Below are positions 7,051 through 14,921 of a stretch of DNA of 16,706 nt, piece after piece (position 1 is the first letter of the stretch; every line of letters starts with the position of its first letter). The notes under the pieces are model-generated. The model saw nothing but the letters and a program-made list of their open reading frames with translations. It made no database searches and had not been told where the DNA came from. A program made the position numbers and the translations under genes. Origin of the DNA: Hormoscilla sp. (lineage in GTDB: Bacteria > Cyanobacteriota > Cyanobacteriia > Cyanobacteriales > Desertifilaceae); the NCBI GenBank assembly GCA_051439505.1, contig JBFRWI010000073.1:1-16706 (forward strand), given 5' to 3'.

Positions 7051-8565
7051 ATGAGCCATTGTATCAATCCCCGTTGCCCCAACCCGACTGACCCTGGCAA
7101 TGCCCTGAACATCATCTGTTCCCACTGCGGTTCGGACTTGCTGCTGGCGGGACACTATCGGGTCAGAAGCCTGCTGAGTGGGGATAGCGGTTTTGGTGAT
7201 GTTTACGAGGCGGACGATATCCTTGCCCAGTCGCCCAAGATCCTGAAGGTACTCAAACCCCATCTGAATGCTCAAGCTAAAGCCGTAGACCTCTTCCAGA
7301 AGGAGGCTCAGGTGTTGAGTCAGCTCAATCATCCAGGCATTCCCAGAGTAGATCCTCATGGCTATTTTACCTTTAGACCCAGCACTTACCCAGAAGCCTT
7401 GCATTGTCTGGTGATGGAACGGATCGAGGGTTTGAATTTAGAGCAATGGATGCATTCTCAGAGTTCTAGACCCATTAGCGAAGACCTGGCCCTGGACTGG
7501 TTGGGACAGTTAGGCCAAATCCTCGATCGGGTACATAGCTGTGAATATTTCCATCGGGACATCAAACCTTCTAATATCATGCTCAGACCGAATGGGGAAT
7601 TGGTGTTGATTGATTTTGGCACGGCCAGGGAAGTCACGAACACCTATTTGGTCAAGGTGAGTGGGGTTGGTAATATCACGAAGCTGACTTCCGCAGGTTA
7701 CACGCCGCCAGAACAAGAGAAGGGTCATGCGGTGCCTCAGTCTGATTTTTATGCCTTGGGCCGTACATTTGTCTATTTGCTGACGGGCAAGCATCCCACG
7801 GACAATGCTGTTTACGACCCGATGAATGATGAGTTGCGATGGCGGGCTTATGCAGCTCATATCTCCCCAAGGCTAGCAGATTTTATCGATTACTTGATGG
7901 CGGCTAAAGCCGGACAGCGACCCCCTAATACTCAGGTAATTTTACAGCAGGTGGCTGAGATTAAGCAGCCTTTGTCACCTGCCTCGACTCTGCAAGTCAC
8001 CGGTCCCAATTTACCACCAATTCCCGGTTCTGGAAATAGCGGACCGCCGACCAGAATCCTTAGCACTTCTACTAACTCTCACGTGGCCTTGCTTACAGGT
8101 ACTGCAATTGTTTTGTTAATGGGACTGACAGGGGTATCCTCCTATTGGGTATATTCTCATCATTTCTCCAATCCTCCGGTGGAACCAACTGTACTTACTG
8201 TGCCGCCGGACGTGATGTCTACAGCTTTGGATAATTACGATCGCACCTTTGAGGCGATCGAGATAGTGATTATGAATGATTTGCTCAGCAATTCCGAACT
8301 CCAGCGCTTGGGAGTAGAACGGGAAGATATTTTAGCCACCTTCAAATCGATTCTGGGCATTCCGGGATTTGATTATAGTGCCGCCAGGGATGGAGATCTC
8401 AAACATAGAGAGTATTTAATTAGAGGGGTTTACTCATATCAAGTTCAAAATCAGATATTAAATAATAAAAAAGGGGATGGGATCGTAGATGTCTGGGGAA
8501 ACACGGCCAAAAGATTGAAAGCTGATGTCAAGGATAAATTACTCGCCGAGCGAGATTTGTGGTAA
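7051..8565 (+). CDS. Membrane Hanks-type Ser/Thr protein kinase with N-terminal 4-Cys prefix domain
   Basis: MSHCINPRC...CSHCG prefix, then SGFGDVY, ILKVL, LFQKEA, HRDIKPSN, LIDFG, GYTPPE and SDFYALG. A Pro/Ser/Thr linker, one transmembrane helix (VALLTGTAIVLLMGLTGVSSYWVY) and a C-terminal domain of about 130 aa follow. Confidence 0.93.
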   Translation: MSHCINPRCPNPTDPGNALNIICSHCGSDLLLAGHYRVRSLLSGDSGFGDVYEADDILAQSPKILKVLKPHLNAQAKAVDLFQKEAQVLSQLNHPGIPRVDPHGYFTFRPSTYPEALHCLVMERIEGLNLEQWMHSQSSRPISEDLALDWLGQLGQILDRVHSCEYFHRDIKPSNIMLRPNGELVLIDFGTAREVTNTYLVKVSGVGNITKLTSAGYTPPEQEKGHAVPQSDFYALGRTFVYLLTGKHPTDNAVYDPMNDELRWRAYAAHISPRLADFIDYLMAAKAGQRPPNTQVILQQVAEIKQPLSPASTLQVTGPNLPPIPGSGNSGPPTRILSTSTNSHVALLTGTAIVLLMGLTGVSSYWVYSHHFSNPPVEPTVLTVPPDVMSTALDNYDRTFEAIEIVIMNDLLSNSELQRLGVEREDILATFKSILGIPGFDYSAARDGDLKHREYLIRGVYSYQVQNQILNNKKGDGIVDVWGNTAKRLKADVKDKLLAERDLW

Positions 8566-8749
8566 AATTGTAATTGCGAATTGGATGATGGCAGGCGATC
8601 GCCATCATCCCTGTAGGGAGAAGCGATATGGCAAAGATGCATATTTCAGAGATCCAGAAAATCTTGGTTCAACGGGAGGATGCTATCCCCGATCGGGAGT
8701 CAGGCTTTTTTTTAGCAATCTCCTACCCCTGCCGACAGTCAGACTCCCA

Positions 8750-8875
8750 AGAAACCGGGTTTCTGGTACAATGAGTGACGACCAAGACGATAATTAGTGA
8801 AAGAAACCCGGTTTCTGGCCCCCACGCGATCGGTCGGATAAACTTTTCGTCTGCCAACGGGTTTTGACTACACCC
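8750..8875 (-). mobile_element. Composite repeat: MITE-A terminus plus AGAAACC palindrome pair (inverted copy of 10128-10252)
   Basis: The reverse complement reads GGGTGTAGTCAAAACCCGTTGGCAGACGAAAAG...GGGGCCAGAAACCGGGTTTCT...CTAATTATC...AGAAACCCGGTTTCT and is colinear with 10128-10252. Confidence 0.8.
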
Positions 8876-9036
8876 CCTTACCCGGGCGATCGCCTCTCTA
8901 ACAGATTACGTCGTAGCGCTCGTAATACAAAAGTGCGGTATTATCTGTATATTTTGTACTACTCTTACCTCTCAATCGCGCCTTTAGATACTACTGTGTA
9001 GCGTATATAATACAAAATTCCTTGTCATTGCGAGGG

Positions 9037-9077
9037 ACGTGAGTTCGACAGGGTTTGAGCGGCGGTCGAACTCACGT
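9037..9077. repeat. Perfect 13-bp inverted repeat with 15-nt loop
   Basis: ACGTGAGTTCGAC at 9037-9049 and GTCGAACTCACGT at 9065-9077. Confidence 0.8.
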
Positions 9078-9130
9078 TATATCCAAAACCTACGAAGTAT
9101 TGGGGCACCGCCCACCGTCCACCACTGTTG

Positions 9131-9227
9131 GTACTGTAGCCCTGTTGTCAAAATGAACTCCTCAAAGCAGCCCTTATCTAAACCGAAGAAACGCCAACCC
9201 ATCTGGATCTCAGGCTTCTGGCAATGA
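9131..9227 (+). pseudogene. Duplicated 5' fragment of the HpsJ-family gene (24-aa micro-ORF at 9153-9227)
   Basis: 9131-9206 matches 10273-10348 at 72 of 76 nt, covering the leader, the ATG and the first 18 codons (MNSSKQPxSKPKKRQPIW). Confidence 0.85.
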
Positions 9228-9436
9228 ACGGTTCACCGCGAACAAAGACTGGCTAATCGCTAAATAGATTTACTTAATTATGTTTGTTTGATGAAGTTTC
9301 CGAACGGCAGGGGCGATCCGAAAAAAACTATGTTATGCTGTCGATAGGAGCAATCGATAGGTGACGAATCGTCCTGCCGTAACCAGATAAAGGGAATGGA
9401 GGCGAACGTCAAAGCCAAACAGTAACGAGGGTGCAT

Positions 9437-10063
9437 ATGAGCAACAACATCATCAAAAAAATCGCTAATTCAGTCGCAGGCACAGCGTTTAGTTTAGCAT
9501 TAATTGCAGCTAGTAGGGCCTCAGCCATCACTTCTAATTTTTATTTCCAGAATTCTTTAAATACCCAGATTTTTGGGGGAGGTTCATTGAGCTTTGACGA
9601 TGCTTATTTGACAGGTAATGGTTCAGAAGAATTGAAGCTTGGGGATTTAGCGAATGCAAATTTCAACTGGGATTTCAATTATTTGTCAAGCAATTTAAAT
9701 GAAAGTCATATAGTCGGCCAAACAACTTTTATTTTCGCGGATGGAGTAATTACTGGCATAATTTTTTTGGCCGATAAGCAGAATACTATTTCGGGAACAA
9801 CAGAAACCTTGAGCGTTGGCGCTCAAGGTTTCAACTTTTTTCAAGAAACTCCTGTGGGCGAAGAGCAAGTTTCCGGTCAAGTCAACTTCGAGACTGTGAC
9901 AGCATGGCAGCCTCCCGATCCGACAGATCCGACAGATCCAACAGATGTTAGTAACGGTGCGGGTGCGCCCTATGAATTTTCCCCCATTCCCGGGCTAGTG
10001 CTGCTGGGGGCGGGCTACGGAGTAAACTATCTCTGGAAGCGCTGGAAGGACAAAGATAAATAA
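9437..10063 (+). CDS. Secreted protein with PEP-CTERM/PFE-CTERM-like sorting signal (PYE variant)
   Basis: GAGG RBS and a signal peptide ending ...ASRASA. An acidic beta-rich core and (DPT)3 linker lead to APYEFSP, a hydrophobic helix (IPGLVLLGAGYGVNYLW) and a basic tail (KRWKDKDK). Confidence 0.8.
   Translation: MSNNIIKKIANSVAGTAFSLALIAASRASAITSNFYFQNSLNTQIFGGGSLSFDDAYLTGNGSEELKLGDLANANFNWDFNYLSSNLNESHIVGQTTFIFADGVITGIIFLADKQNTISGTTETLSVGAQGFNFFQETPVGEEQVSGQVNFETVTAWQPPDPTDPTDPTDVSNGAGAPYEFSPIPGLVLLGAGYGVNYLWKRWKDKDK
9917..9946 (+). repeat. 9-bp tandem repeat encoding the DPT linker
   Basis: GATCCGACA GATCCGACA GATCCAACA GAT. Confidence 0.85.
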
Positions 10064-10127
10064 GAGTGCATCTCAATTATGGAATAAATAAACAATTCTG
10101 GCTAATGGCTAATTGTTAATTGTTAAT
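10064..10127 (+). mobile_element. Truncated MITE-B-like end with degenerate heptamers
   Basis: GAGTGCATCTCAATT...GAATAAAT...GCTAATGGCTAATTGTTAATTGTTAAT parallels the reverse complement of MITE B's right end (GGGTGCATCTCACTT...CAATAAAT..GCTAATTGCTAATT). Confidence 0.55.
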
Positions 10128-10252
10128 GGGTGTGGTCAAAACCCGTTGGCAGGCGAAAAGACTAAAAGACTGTCGCGCGTGGGGCCAGAAACCGGGTTTC
10201 TTTTACTAATTATCATCTTGGTTGCCTCAATTACAGCAGAAACCCGGTTTCT
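10128..10252 (+). mobile_element. Composite repeat: MITE-A terminus plus AGAAACC palindrome pair
   Basis: Begins GGGTGTGGTCAAAACCCGTTGG, identical to 4081-4102. Palindrome pair at 10187-10201 and 10238-10252. Confidence 0.8.
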
Positions 10253-10294
10253 CGTTCATGCGCTATCAATTTGTACTGTAGCCCTGTTATCAAA

Positions 10295-11047
10295 ATGAAC
10301 TCCTCAAAGCAACCTTCATCTAAACCGAAGAAACGCCAACCCATCTGGCTTTCAGAAATGGTTCTGGAACGTTCGGAATCTTTACTGCACATAATTGGCT
10401 ACATTTTCTTAATATTTGCAGCCCTTGACTACCTGATTATTCTCATTCCTCCCCAATTCACCAACCCGGTATGGGAATTTCAAACCATGGGGCAATTAGT
10501 GGAACGTTCTGCCATTCCCATAATCGGACTGGTGTTAGTATTTTACCGTCCCGAACAGGCGGTAGATAGATGGGAATTGCACCTGCTGAAGATAATATCC
10601 TGGATTGGCTTGCTGATAGGAATATTATACCTGATGATGCTACCTTTAGGGATTAGAAATACTTTCCGCATTCATCAAGCGAATAACCGGCAACTGAATG
10701 CCCGCATTTCCCAACAGTCACAGCAGTTGCAGCAGCGCCAAGCTCAATTTAACCAATTAAGCGAAGCACAACTGCAAAACCTGTTCGACTCACTACCGCG
10801 TCCAGAAAGCGGTCCGACTATTGAAACCCCGGCAGAATTTAGAGAACAGGTCCTCAATCAAATTCAAAGCAATCAAGAAAATCTTCGCACCCAAGGGGAA
10901 GTGGTGCGGCAAAACCAGAAAATGAATCTGGTCAAGAGTTCCGTGAAATTGAATGTGGGGGCGCTGCTTTCAGGAGTTGCCTTTATGGTGATTTGGAATC
11001 TGACTCGTTGGGTGCGAATAATTCGCTATCATATCAGGGACGAGTAA
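10295..11047 (+). CDS. hpsJ: HpsJ-family membrane protein (cyanoexosortase-associated)
   Basis: Signature IPPQFTNPVWEFQTMGQLVER..IPIIGLVLVF, three N-terminal transmembrane segments, a Gln-rich coiled region, then KSSVKLNVGALLSG and a final transmembrane segment. Confidence 0.8.
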   Translation: MNSSKQPSSKPKKRQPIWLSEMVLERSESLLHIIGYIFLIFAALDYLIILIPPQFTNPVWEFQTMGQLVERSAIPIIGLVLVFYRPEQAVDRWELHLLKIISWIGLLIGILYLMMLPLGIRNTFRIHQANNRQLNARISQQSQQLQQRQAQFNQLSEAQLQNLFDSLPRPESGPTIETPAEFREQVLNQIQSNQENLRTQGEVVRQNQKMNLVKSSVKLNVGALLSGVAFMVIWNLTRWVRIIRYHIRDE

Positions 11048-11081
11048 AAAATTCAAAATTCAGAATTCAAAATTCAAAATT
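11048..11081. repeat. Heptamer tandem repeat (AAAATTC)~5
   Basis: aaaattc aaaattc agaattc aaaattc aaaatt, immediately after the hpsJ stop. Confidence 0.9.
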
Positions 11082-11195
11082 ACGGAAGCTATTGCTAGGC
11101 GATTGTTCTGGACTACATCAATGCCGAGATTCGCTATAATATGATAGAGTGTCATAAGAAGCGATGTAATATTATAATGGCGATCGGACGGCAAG

Positions 11196-11280
11196 GGGTG
11201 TGGTTAAAACCAGTTGGTAAACAACCCACACCCACTTATGGTCGGGCAGCGTAGGGGTCCCGGAGCGTGCCCACCCTACG
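11196..11280. repeat. Degenerate MITE-A terminus followed by a GTAGGG...CCCTAC REP-like hairpin
   Basis: GGGTGTGGTTAAAACCAGTTGGTA near 11196 resembles 4081-4104. CGTAGGG...CCCTACG spans 11250-11280. Confidence 0.65.
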
Positions 11281-11355
11281 AATGTCCTTGCTGAATTAAT
11301 ATAGTGGCGATCGCATGTCACCGAGAGGCGATCGCCCTCAACCCAACGTAGAACT

Positions 11356-12195
11356 TTATCGTTTATTTTGTTGCAGCAACCAATAGCAGAACCCCCACAA
11401 AAGCATAATGGGGATAGTAGAAAAAATTTGGGCATCGTCGGAATGCCAATATTCATAGAGAGGATAATTGTAAGCTGCGAAAAGCACTAGCAGAGGTATG
11501 CGGAAAATGCCATTAAACAGCCAAACGATCGCCACCGATACGATGGGAACTCCGAACTTTTGCCAGAACTTAGTCGGGTAGGTGACTAAAAACAGCAGGG
11601 CGAGTTGCAACATCCACATCATCGTCACTACGCCAACACAGTTAGGTCCAACCCAGACATTAATTTGGGGCGTAATAATTATATCCTCTTGACTAGCGAC
11701 ATTAAACCCGACGTACCAAAGGATGAAGGTAGAAAATTTGGTCATTAAGACATTCACGTTGGTTAGCTGATTAATGGGTTCCACCAACCTTTCTAAAGGA
11801 ACTGCGAGAACCAGAAACAACATCAGTTCTTGCCAATATTGCTTTATCCCTTTAATTCCAGCAACTAAAAGCGCTAGACTGAAGGCAGAAATAAAGGGTA
11901 AACAGCGGATTAACAGTTCATAATTGGGGAGGATGGTACTATTGAGAAACATTAGGGCGATGATGCAGATGGCTAATATGCGCCCAGCTAGTCCACTTTT
12001 CACACTGAAGGCATGAGAATTCTTCTTGAACCGGAAGGCGATCGCCCCTGTATATAATAAAGTTGTCACTTGCAGGTTAGTGAGTCTCGCTTGACCGATT
12101 AAGTTGAGGTTAAGACATAGAATAGTTACAGTAAGACTCAACAAGCAGAAGTTGGTGGTTGACAGGCGTTGAATTACACTCGGGAATGCTTTCAT
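11356..12195 (-). CDS. Exosortase family protein, cyanoexosortase A/C-like
   Basis: About 8 hydrophobic segments. Motifs LKQYWQEL-like (IKQYWQEL) and FILWYVGFNV. Putative Cys/Arg/His triad in VWVGPNCVG, NGIFRIP and YEYWH..DAQIFS. Confidence 0.85.
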   Translation of the reverse strand: MKAFPSVIQRLSTTNFCLLSLTVTILCLNLNLIGQARLTNLQVTTLLYTGAIAFRFKKNSHAFSVKSGLAGRILAICIIALMFLNSTILPNYELLIRCLPFISAFSLALLVAGIKGIKQYWQELMLFLVLAVPLERLVEPINQLTNVNVLMTKFSTFILWYVGFNVASQEDIIITPQINVWVGPNCVGVVTMMWMLQLALLFLVTYPTKFWQKFGVPIVSVAIVWLFNGIFRIPLLVLFAAYNYPLYEYWHSDDAQIFSTIPIMLLWGFCYWLLQQNKR

Positions 12196-12300
12196 TTTTC
12201 TGATTTTGGCTTGGTGATGCTACTATTATAACAGAGATTTCCCAATCTCAACGTATGAGATCATATATAGCATTGTTTTTGGAAAATGATATGAGTAGTG

Positions 12301-12831
12301 ATGACCAGCAAAAAAACGATCCCAATTAGCTTACTACTGCTATGTACAAACTTAGGCGTTATGCTGCCCGTTCAGCAGTCCCTCGCAAATCAAATATCGG
12401 TACCGCCCCCAGAAACGACTCCGTTAGATTTGAGTTTGCTGGGAAATGCTGCCCCGGGCACCGGCGCGATCGGGCCTGCGATCGACCAAACAGAACTAAC
12501 CATTCCCAGTCTCTGGTGGGCTAGGGAACAGTTTGGTGGTAAACTTTTGGAAACATGGTTGGCCTATCCGGGTCGCGATCGCATGGCAGGGAGAGTAGAT
12601 TTAGTAGTCAACAGGCAAAATTGGAGTCAGTCAAACTATCTAGAACGTTACCAGTTTGTCAATAAATTAGGAACAGTAGCGCGTGATTATGGCTACAACA
12701 CCAGAGTGTTCAACCCTCAAGGAGAATTATTAGCAGCTTACACCTGCAATTTCAACAGTAGAAAACTCCCCTGTCAGATAACTCTTGAATCTTTGGGTCG
12801 GGTTCGCTGGCGGGGACGCGGAAATTTGTAG
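12301..12831 (+). CDS. Conserved cyanobacterial hypothetical protein with signal peptide
   Basis: Hydrophobic N-terminus. Motifs TIPSLWW, RVDLVVNRQ.WS...YLERYQFV..LG..AR.YGYN.RVF and LAAYTC. Confidence 0.75.
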   Translation: MTSKKTIPISLLLLCTNLGVMLPVQQSLANQISVPPPETTPLDLSLLGNAAPGTGAIGPAIDQTELTIPSLWWAREQFGGKLLETWLAYPGRDRMAGRVDLVVNRQNWSQSNYLERYQFVNKLGTVARDYGYNTRVFNPQGELLAAYTCNFNSRKLPCQITLESLGRVRWRGRGNL

Positions 12832-12909
12832 GTTGGGTTGACTGAAACCCAACTATATTAATGTCAACAGCAGCTTTGGTTGGGTTTCGTGCGGAAACCC
12901 AACCTACAA
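12826..12909. repeat. Pair of inverted GTAG-type REP-like units filling a convergent intergenic region
   Basis: TTGTAGGTTGGGTT at 12826-12839 and AACCCAACCTACAA at 12896-12909. Each half has its own GTTGGGTT/AACCCAAC stem. Confidence 0.85.
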
Positions 12910-14049
12910 CATACGAATTTTTCTCCATAGAGACTCGTATTGGGCAACTGTAGATTTGGGCAGAGGCAAGAGAAATTCACTGGCCTCTAGAATCGCCCGA
13001 TCGGGGAGTAGAATAGGATTATCCCGTAAAGCTGGAGGCAGATCGGCAGGGTTCATGGCAGTAAGCAGAGGCGATGACGCCTTAGCGAGCAAGGAAAATT
13101 GACTAGCGTTATCCTTTTGCCAACAAAAATCAATCCATTGGTTTGCCAGACTATTGTCACCCTTGCTAACAGAAGCAGGTCGTACCCACAAATCTGCCCA
13201 GAGAGCAGTACCAGAGGAGGGCACCACACTGGCAATTTCCTGGTAGCGTCCCATCACGGGTCCGACATCCGTTGACCACCCAACTGCCGCCCAGGTATCC
13301 CCCGTCAGCAGGGGTTGCAGGTAAGTATCGTCGCTGTAAAACCTAGTCTGTTGGTGCAGTTTAGCCAATTCCTCTGCCAAACCAGGAATCTCCGATAGAT
13401 TTTTACTATTATAAGAGTAGCCCAGCTTCTTCAAGGTGAGCCCGATCGCCTCTCTAGGCTGGTCGAGAACGGAAATGCGGCCCTGAAGTTCTTCGCGCCA
13501 GAGATCTTTCCAATCAGTAGGTTCCCATCCCCAGGACTTAAACTTATCCCGACGGTAAACGATCGCAGTACTACCCCAGCGGTAGGGCGCACCCCAAACT
13601 TTTCCTTCTGGGTCTGCAACACCAAGTTCATTCCGCTTGACCAATAGTTGCCACATACCTGGCAACTCCTGCCACCGATGCAGTTGTTCTGGGTTCAGGG
13701 GTTGAATGAGATTCTTATCAATAGCCAATTTTAGCCAGTAATCTCCCAAAGTTACCAAGTCAGGAATGGGGTCAGGTGGAGAATTCCCTTGTGCATTCCC
13801 AAGCTGCAACAGCAGTTCAAACAACTCCTCAAGTTGAGCTACAGGAGTAAAATCCATGACTGCGGGTTGTTTCAGTTGCTTGCGAAATTGACCTAACAGC
13901 TGGGCGGGAATCGAGTTTTTCAATAGTTTGACTCTCAAGCGGTCCTGCTGTGAGGCCCTGCATCCAGCCACTGTTGCCAACAGCGAGGCTCCCGCCATTA
14001 TACCCAGAGCATCTGTACAAGTACCTAGGATAAAACTCCTACGATTCAT
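12904..14049 (-). CDS. Polyamine ABC transporter substrate-binding protein (PotD/PotF-like), probable Tat lipoprotein
   Basis: MNRRSFILG twin-arginine motif and VAGC lipobox. Also GAPYRWG, DWKDLW, REAIGLTLKKLGYS, AAVGWS and SGTALWADLWV. Confidence 0.82.
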   Translation of the reverse strand: MNRRSFILGTCTDALGIMAGASLLATVAGCRASQQDRLRVKLLKNSIPAQLLGQFRKQLKQPAVMDFTPVAQLEELFELLLQLGNAQGNSPPDPIPDLVTLGDYWLKLAIDKNLIQPLNPEQLHRWQELPGMWQLLVKRNELGVADPEGKVWGAPYRWGSTAIVYRRDKFKSWGWEPTDWKDLWREELQGRISVLDQPREAIGLTLKKLGYSYNSKNLSEIPGLAEELAKLHQQTRFYSDDTYLQPLLTGDTWAAVGWSTDVGPVMGRYQEIASVVPSSGTALWADLWVRPASVSKGDNSLANQWIDFCWQKDNASQFSLLAKASSPLLTAMNPADLPPALRDNPILLPDRAILEASEFLLPLPKSTVAQYESLWRKIRML

Positions 14050-14307
14050 AATCGCCTTCAATAGTTTTTTCACTTTTACCTTAACTTACCGGTTGTCAGT
14101 GTTATGCCAATTTTGGCAGGAGCTTCACCGCCACGATGCTCCCGGGGACTTTCGGGCCACAAATCTGTAGCAACCATTTTCAGAAGAAATGTAAGGATTT
14201 ATTGCTGAATTATTACCAAAGGTTAAATAATTCAAAAATAAATCAAGTTTTTTGTCGAAAATTATTTAGGATGATCGAGAAACCAATCAAATCTACTGGA
14301 GAACACC

Positions 14308-14673
14308 ATGGAACGAATTGGACAGCAAATTGCTGCTTTGACGATCAAAGTCGATCTTATGTCTCAAGCTCTCGAACAGTTACAGTATAAAATTTCTCAG
14401 CTTTTGCCCGATCGCAGTTTACCTACGGTCAAACCAGATATCCGCCGTCGAAGTGTAGTTCGATACAAGTACGATGACGGGAGCCTACGGAATGAAACGA
14501 TGGATCACAAGGATGTACTTGTGGATGATAATTATCTCCAAAATAACGATATCAGGGCCGATATAGAGTTATCATCCGAAATCCAGATCCAAAGACTGAC
14601 AGCTCAACTTACGGCTGCTTACAACCGCATTGCAGCGTTAGAAGAACAACTTGTATCTAGGAGAATCCACTGA
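14308..14673 (+). CDS. Conserved cyanobacterial coiled-coil hypothetical protein
   Basis: GGAG RBS. Motifs HKDVLVD and EIQIQRLTAQLTAAYNRIAALEEQL. Confidence 0.78.
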   Translation: MERIGQQIAALTIKVDLMSQALEQLQYKISQLLPDRSLPTVKPDIRRRSVVRYKYDDGSLRNETMDHKDVLVDDNYLQNNDIRADIELSSEIQIQRLTAQLTAAYNRIAALEEQLVSRRIH

Positions 14674-14694
14674 GATAGCGATAACTATCAAATC

Positions 14695-14732
14695 GGCTAA
14701 TGGCTAATGGCTAATGGCTAATGGCTAATGGC
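14695..14732. repeat. Heptamer tandem repeat (GGCTAAT)5
   Basis: Five exact units plus GGC. Confidence 0.92.
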
Positions 14733-14835
14733 ATGCCCTCAGATATGTGATAGCCTATCATCTAGGCATTGCACAACAACGGGATGATTTGGGACCACTT
14801 CCGCCAGGCCAATAATGACTACAACCCATTATTAA

Positions 14836-14870
14836 TGACAACTGACGACTGACAACTGACAACTGACAAG
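14836..14870. repeat. Heptamer tandem repeat (TGACAAC)5
   Basis: tgacaac tgacgac tgacaac tgacaac tgacaag. Confidence 0.9.
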
Positions 14871-14921
14871 CATCATCCCCCGTGCAACGCCAAATTAACC
14901 CCAAGAGAGGAATTGCCAACC

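Noticed and set aside
8913..9017. NtcA boxes
   Set aside because: The GTA...TAC spacings are N10, N7 or N5, not the required N8.
9037..9077. Possible tRNA, suggested by a GTTCGA T-loop-like sequence
   Set aside because: No cloverleaf can be formed. It is a simple 13-bp inverted repeat, most likely a dispersed repeat remnant.
12904..14049. Stand-alone PotD-like gene as an anomaly
   Set aside because: ABC transporter subunits are often unlinked in cyanobacteria, and the neighbourhood looks like core genome.
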